This document shows, piece by piece, positions 59,146-64,000 of a stretch of DNA of 64,000 nucleotides. Under the pieces are notes generated by a model. The model had not been told where the DNA came from. It saw only the letters and a program-made list of their open reading frames with translations, and ran no database searches. The DNA comes from an uncultured Gemmatimonadaceae bacterium (lineage in GTDB: Bacteria > Gemmatimonadota > Gemmatimonadetes > Gemmatimonadales > Gemmatimonadaceae): positions 7,401-71,400 of the forward strand of contig CAWCML010000012.1 in the NCBI GenBank assembly GCA_963796655.1, in the 5' to 3' direction. The stretch's first letter is position 1, and each line of letters opens with the position of its first letter. A program made the position numbers and the translations under genes.

Positions 59146-61252
59146 ATGCGTTCACGACCCTTGGCCGCCCTGGCCGCCCTGGCCGCGCTGGGCGCGCTGG
59201 CGGCGTTCCCCGCAGCCGGCCTGGCGCAGGCGGCGCCGAAGTATCCGGAACGTGCCATCCGGCACGACATCCCGATGACCGACATGATCCAGCGTGCCTT
59301 CGCGGCCGGCACTCGCGACAGCAGCGGCCGCCCCGGTCCCAACTACTGGCAGCTGTGGACCGACTACACGATCAACGCCCGCTTCGATCCGGCCACGGGG
59401 CTCGTCACCGGTCACGAGCACGTGGTGGTGAACAACAACGGACCCAACGAGATGAGCACGATCACGCTGCGCCTCGACCAGAACCTGTTCGCGGCGAACG
59501 TGCCCAGAGCCGAGGTCGTCACCGATATCACCGACGGCATGCAGGTCACGGCACTGAGCGTGGACGGACAGCCGGCCGCGCTGAACGCCGGGCCGCCCCC
59601 GCGCCGATTCTTCGGCCGCGGCGGACGCGGCGCCGCCCCACCGCCGGTGGAGCTCGCGGCCTTCGACCTCTCGCAGACCGTGGCCACGATCACGCTGCCG
59701 AATCCGGTACCGGCGCACGGCCACTTCACCCTCGATGCGGACTGGCACTTCACGGTGCCCAAGGTGGTGGCCCCGACGCGCGGCATTCGCATGGGCGCCT
59801 GGGGCGACACCCTCTACCAGGTGGGCCAGTGGTACCCGCGCGTCACCGTGTTCGACGACCTGCGCGAGGGCGGATGGGACACCGAACCGTACCTGGGGCC
59901 TTCCGAGTTCTACAATAATTTCGGCCATTTCGACCTGAAGCTCGACGTGCCGGCCGGGTGGCTGGTGGGCGCCACCGGTATCCTCCAGAACCCCGACGAG
60001 GTGTACACGCCCGACGAGCGCGCGGGGCTGCAGCACGCCCTCACCGCCGACTCCACCGTGCGCATCCTCGAGCCCCGACCAGTTCGGGCCCGGCAAGGCG
60101 ACCGGCGGCCGGCGACCGGCTGGTGTGGCACTTCGTGGCCGACACGGCCGGCGACGTGGCGTGGGCCACCTCCGACCAGTTCGTCTGGGACGGCTTCCAC
60201 GCCGTCATCCCCGGCTCGGGCAAGAACGTCCCCATCAACATCATGTACCTGCCCGGCCACACCGCGCAGTACGCCGACGCCGGCCCCACGGTGGCGCACG
60301 CGCTGCAGTTCTATTCGCAGCTCTGGATGCCGTACGCGTTCCCGACCATGACCATGGTGGACGGCCCGGAACTCGGCATGGAATACCCGATGTTCATCAT
60401 GTCGAGCGCCGGCGCGTCGGATCACGAGACCGGGCACGAATGGTGGCCGATGACCCTCGGCACGAACGAGACGTGGTACGGCTTCATGGACGAGGGATTC
60501 AACCAGTACATGAACATCCTCTCGGCCGCCGACCGCGCCGGACGGGCGCCCGATCTCGATGGCCGTGGCCAGAGCTACGGACGCATCAGCGGCAACGAGC
60601 GCGAGGCGCCGCTGATGTGGGACGCGAACTACGGCGGCCCGATGTACTCCTTCCAGGCCTACAGCAAGGCGCCGATGATGCTGTCCATGCTCGGCGGCAT
60701 CGTCGGCGACACCGCGGTATGGCACGCGATGAGCGAGTACGCCCACGCCTGGCGGTTCAAGCATCCGTCGCCGTGGGACTATGCGTTCTTCATGAGCAAC
60801 GCCCTGCACCGCGACCTCGGCTGGTTCTGGTACTACTGGCTGTTCACCACACGATGCCGTGGACGGCTCGATCCAGAACGTGAGCGCCATGAGCGGCCGC
60901 ACGACGGTGACCGTGCACCAGGCCGGGCAGATGCCGTCGCCCGTGGTGCTGAACGTCCACTTCGCGCCCAAGGGTCCGGCGCTCCGCCACGTGGCCAACG
61001 CGATGATCGTGGACGACACCACGGCCACGGTCACCTGGCCGGTGGACGTCTGGTTCGACGGCAGCCGCACGTTCAAGGCGACGTTCGACTTCGGGCCGCG
61101 CCAGCATCGAGCGCATCGTGCTCGATCCGCACTGCCGCTTCCCCGATCACGACGTGGAGGACAACACGTGGCCGCGGCAGCCCGCCCCGCCGGAACCCGC
61201 GGGCCGCGGATTCGGCGGCGGCCGATTCGGCGGCCCCGTATGCCACGGGTAA
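59146..61252 (+). pseudogene. secreted M1 family metallopeptidase; about 4 +1 shifts (about 60073, 60108, 60850, 61100)
   Basis: Signal peptide MRSRPLAALAALAALGALAAFPAAGLAQ. HETGHEWW then WYGFMDEGFNQY (HExxH...E). C-terminus IERIVLDPHCRFPDHDVEDNTW in a third frame, ending at the TAA at 61250-61252. Confidence 0.85.
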
Positions 61253-61403
61253 CGGCGCGCTGAGCAGCGAGCAGACGCGGGCGGTGACTCACGGTGAGTC
61301 GCCGCCCGCGTTCGTTTCGTCGCGGCGGTTGCGTCCATGGGTCGATCGGCCCATTACTCCGACGTTGTCGCTCCACGTTTCCATTTCGAATGCCGGAGGT
61401 GCC

Positions 61404-62465
61404 ATGGCCGATTTTCTTCATCCGTCGTCCCACTGGGTCTGGTCGCTCGTCGTGCTCATCGCCGCGCCGTTGCTGGCGCTCGCCATCCACGCGGTACTCG
61501 CCCGGGTCGCCATGCGACTCACGCGGATGACCGCCACCACGTTCGACGAGTCCCTCGTGCGCCACGCACGCCGCCCCACCCAGCTGATCTTCCCGCTGGC
61601 GGCCATCCTGTTCGTGCTCCCCGGCCTGCAACTCTCCGCGGACACCATGGCGCCGGCCCGCCACGCGCTCGGCGTGCTGCTCATCGGCGCCGGCGCGTGG
61701 CTGTTGATCTCGATGTTCTCGGTGGTGGACGACCTCGTGGCCGAGCGCTTCCCGATGGACGTCGCCGACAACCTGCGCGCGCGCAGCGTGCTCACGCAGA
61801 TTCGTGTCCTGCGGCGCATCGCGATCGTGATCGTCACCATCGTCGCCGCGGCGATCATCCTCATGACGTTCCCGACCATCCGGCACATCGGCGACAGCAT
61901 TCTCGCGTCGGCAGGGCTGGCCGGGCTGGTGGTCGGCCTGGCGGCGCGTCCCACGTTGGCCAACCTGATCGCCGGCGTGCAGCTCGTGCTCACCGAGCCC
62001 ATCCGCATCGACGACGTCGTGATCGTCGAGGGCGAGTGGGGCCGCATCGAAGAGATCCGCACCACCTACGTCGTGGTCCGGATCTGGGACCTCCGGCGGC
62101 TCGTGGTGCCGCTCAGCTACTTCATCGAGCACCCGTTCCAGAACTGGACCCGCACCAGCGCCGACATCATCGGCAGCGTGTTCGTCTACACCGACTACCG
62201 GGTGCCGGTGGAGGAGATCCGCCAGGAGGTGCACCGGATTCTCGGCACCACCGAGCTGTGGGACGGCAAGGTGTGGAACGTGCAGGTCACCGATTCCAAG
62301 GAACACACGGTGGAGATCCGCGCGCTCATGAGCGCCGCCGATTCATCGAAGGCGTGGGACCTGCGTTGTCTGGTACGCGAGCAACTGGTGGCGTTCCTGC
62401 AGGAACACCACCCCGAGAGCCTGCCGGTGGTGCGGACCGAGGTCCGCGGGCGGCTCTCGGCGTGA
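61404..62465 (+). CDS. mechanosensitive ion channel family protein (MscS-like)
   Basis: 353 aa. GLAGLVVGLAARPTLANLIAGVQLVLTEPIRIDDVVIVEGEWGRIEEI. Confidence 0.85.
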   Translation: MADFLHPSSHWVWSLVVLIAAPLLALAIHAVLARVAMRLTRMTATTFDESLVRHARRPTQLIFPLAAILFVLPGLQLSADTMAPARHALGVLLIGAGAWLLISMFSVVDDLVAERFPMDVADNLRARSVLTQIRVLRRIAIVIVTIVAAAIILMTFPTIRHIGDSILASAGLAGLVVGLAARPTLANLIAGVQLVLTEPIRIDDVVIVEGEWGRIEEIRTTYVVVRIWDLRRLVVPLSYFIEHPFQNWTRTSADIIGSVFVYTDYRVPVEEIRQEVHRILGTTELWDGKVWNVQVTDSKEHTVEIRALMSAADSSKAWDLRCLVREQLVAFLQEHHPESLPVVRTEVRGRLSA

Positions 62466-62496
62466 AGACGCGGCGGGGCCAAGTGGCCGCGCGGCA

Positions 62497-62522
62497 GGGA
62501 CTCCCGGATGACCGGGAGTCCC
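62497..62522. terminator. perfect 11-bp hairpin between convergent genes
   Basis: GGGACTCCCGG-atga-CCGGGAGTCCC. No U-tract on either side. Confidence 0.45.
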
Positions 62523-62531
62523 CGGGGACGT

Positions 62532-63047
62532 TCAGCCGCCGTGGTGGCTGAGCGAGTAGACGTACGCCGCCACCGCCTTGATCTGGGCGGTCGTGAGCTG
62601 CGCGCCGCCCATGGGTAGCATCGGGGCTGTATACGGCGGGGTCGGTTTGGGCATGCCTTCGGTCACGCGCTTCTGAATGAAGGCGTAGCTGCCGTCACCG
62701 GTGGCCCACACCGTGTCGGTGAGATTCGGCGCCAGCGGACCGCCCTTGGCGTCCAGGCCGTGGCAGGTGAAGCAGAGACCGCCGGCCGCCTGACCGTGAA
62801 AAATGCTATCACCCAGGCTCACCATGGCTGCCGTCGCGCCGGCCGGGGGCGCGCCCAGGACCGGCGCCGCCTCAGCGCTGGCCGCGGTCGAGCCCGCGGG
62901 CGCCGCCATCGGCTTGGCGCTCGTGGTGTCGGTGGCCGCGCTCTTCTCGCCACCGCCGCAGGCGCCCAGGAGCAAGAGCATCGCCGTCGTCGCCGCTACC
63001 GCTTCCGCCAGGCGACCGCGAGTGAACGCGAATTGATCGAGCCGCAT
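62532..63047 (-). CDS. c-type cytochrome (lipoprotein-anchored, class I-like)
   Basis: Lipobox LLLLGAC. Ala/Thr-rich linker. Haem site CFTCHG. Distal Met region PMLPMGG. Confidence 0.8.
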   Translation of the reverse strand: MRLDQFAFTRGRLAEAVAATTAMLLLLGACGGGEKSAATDTTSAKPMAAPAGSTAASAEAAPVLGAPPAGATAAMVSLGDSIFHGQAAGGLCFTCHGLDAKGGPLAPNLTDTVWATGDGSYAFIQKRVTEGMPKPTPPYTAPMLPMGGAQLTTAQIKAVAAYVYSLSHHGG

Positions 63048-63112
63048 CCCTGCCTCCCGTGTGTTGAATCGCGATGTCCGATGCAGGCGCTGGCGGGACG
63101 GAACCGAAAGCG

Positions 63113-63130
63113 GGAGTCAATTTCGACTCC
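63113..63130 (-). terminator. small hairpin after the partial gene
   Basis: GGAGTC-aatttc-GACTCC, followed on the minus strand by CGCTTTCGGTT. Confidence 0.2.
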
Positions 63131-63238
63131 GAGCCCCCGGTTCGCGCGCCGCAGAGCCCAGCCCCTGGACGTTAAGCGACACGTCCGCAGCCTGTAAAGG
63201 ACCGATTCCCCGACGGCCGATCGGCGGGCCCGCGCGGT

Positions 63239-64000
63239 CTACTTCATCCGCGCCCGTTCGAGGTGCACCGCCCCGGTGCTGTCGGTGACGCCCATGTACA
63301 CCACGCCCTTCCCGAACCCGGCAATCGTCCGGAACGCGGGAAGCTGCACGCGGTCCACGAGCACGCCCTGGTCGTTCACGACGTCGTAGATCGGGCGGCC
63401 GCCCGTGGCCTGTGAGGTGCGGATCCACAGGTTGCCCTGCTCGTCGCACTTCGTGGCCCCGACGGTGAAGGCCGGCCGGTAGTCGGGCAGCTCGTAGGGC
63501 GGCACGAACTGCATCGGCGGCATCGTGATCTGTTCGGCCGAGCCGCCGCGCATGGGAGGCGCGGCGCCGCCGCCGGCGTCGTCCCTGCGCACGATCATCA
63601 CCATGCCGCCCATGCCCGCGCCGCCTCCGGCGTCCCCTCCCGAAGCGGTCACGCGATTCTGGGTCCCGGCACCCGTGGCCGTGCGGGTCTGCGTCAGCGC
63701 CGCCATGCGGTCGGCGCGGCGCTTCTCCAACACCTGCTTCGCCGAGTCGAGCACCGCCACTTTCTGGTCGTCGGTGAGCCGTTGCCAGTCGAAGGGGATC
63801 TTGGCCGTCGAGGTCTCCGTGCCGTCGGGATGGAACCAGTCGATGTGGAAGTCGCGGCCGCGGACGACCGCGATGGTGCCATCCGGCAGGAGCGCCCAGT
63901 CATCCACCACCGGCATGGGATTGATCGTCGACGTGGCCACGAAGCCGTTGTCGGTGCGCGTAATGGACATCTTGGTGGGCGGAATCTTGAAGTACGCCAC
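63239..64000 (-). CDS. hypothetical protein, C-terminal part only (continues beyond the window)
   Basis: The ORF is open to the window edge. Beta-rich sequence with a Gly-rich insert (SGGDAGGGAGMGGM...DDAGGGAAPPMRGG). No family recognised. Confidence 0.45.
   Translation of the reverse strand: MAYFKIPPTKMSITRTDNGFVATSTINPMPVVDDWALLPDGTIAVVRGRDFHIDWFHPDGTETSTAKIPFDWQRLTDDQKVAVLDSAKQVLEKRRADRMAALTQTRTATGAGTQNRVTASGGDAGGGAGMGGMVMIVRRDDAGGGAAPPMRGGSAEQITMPPMQFVPPYELPDYRPAFTVGATKCDEQGNLWIRTSQATGGRPIYDVVNDQGVLVDRVQLPAFRTIAGFGKGVVYMGVTDSTGAVHLERARMK

Noticed and set aside
760-61252. Programmed ribosomal frameshifting as the explanation for the split genes
   Set aside because: There are too many sites (up to six per gene). 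I saw no shared slippery heptamer or downstream structure at the junctions I inspected. The affected genes are unrelated enzymes that are single ORFs in other bacteria.
1-64000. Search for tRNA/rRNA genes, CRISPR repeats, transposases, integrases and phage genes
   Set aside because: I found no T-loop/acceptor-like signatures, no regularly spaced repeats of 25 nt or longer, and no DDE/tyrosine-recombinase-like ORFs by eye. The only tandem repeats are the decamers at 54090-54240.

Overview
Very GC-rich bacterial chromosomal segment; third codon positions are almost all G/C. The gene content suggests Gemmatimonadota or Acidobacteriota (inference): a PadR regulator next to ADOP-type duplicated FtsX permeases, Ser/Thr kinases with PD40/TolB-like propeller ectodomains, very large secreted M14/M28/M1/S9 peptidases, and a DUF5916/CBM9 protein. 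I call about 47 protein-coding loci. I found no rRNA, tRNA, CRISPR array, transposase or integrase. Main themes: (1) Secreted peptidases and peptide or amino-acid uptake: an M3 Dcp-like peptidase, two S9 peptidases, a POT transporter, M14, M28, M1, an amidohydrolase and an APC permease. (2) A minus-strand tandem array of five paralogous Hanks-type Ser/Thr kinases (9.5-24.9 kb). The four upstream kinases and an embedded amino-acid permease are joined by 4-nt stop/start overlaps; the fifth kinase lies beyond a divergent PP2C phosphatase. There are also two decayed kinase N-terminal stubs, and one member has lost its catalytic core. (3) Small regulatory modules: a VapC plus Phd/YefM-type toxin-antitoxin pair, a PadR-ADOP pair, and a YtrA-type GntR-ABC operon, each with a visible palindromic candidate operator. 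(4) Housekeeping and miscellaneous genes: ppsA/ppsR, map, an aquaporin, MscS, a VIT transporter, cytochrome c, GH35 and GH18. Major caveat: 15 loci are frame-disrupted by about 40 junctions. Every junction I resolved by hand is a +1 shift, compatible with one extra base. The segments between junctions stay conserved and free of stop codons, so many 'pseudogene' calls may be consensus or assembly indel errors rather than biology. Coordinates of disrupted genes span all fragments.
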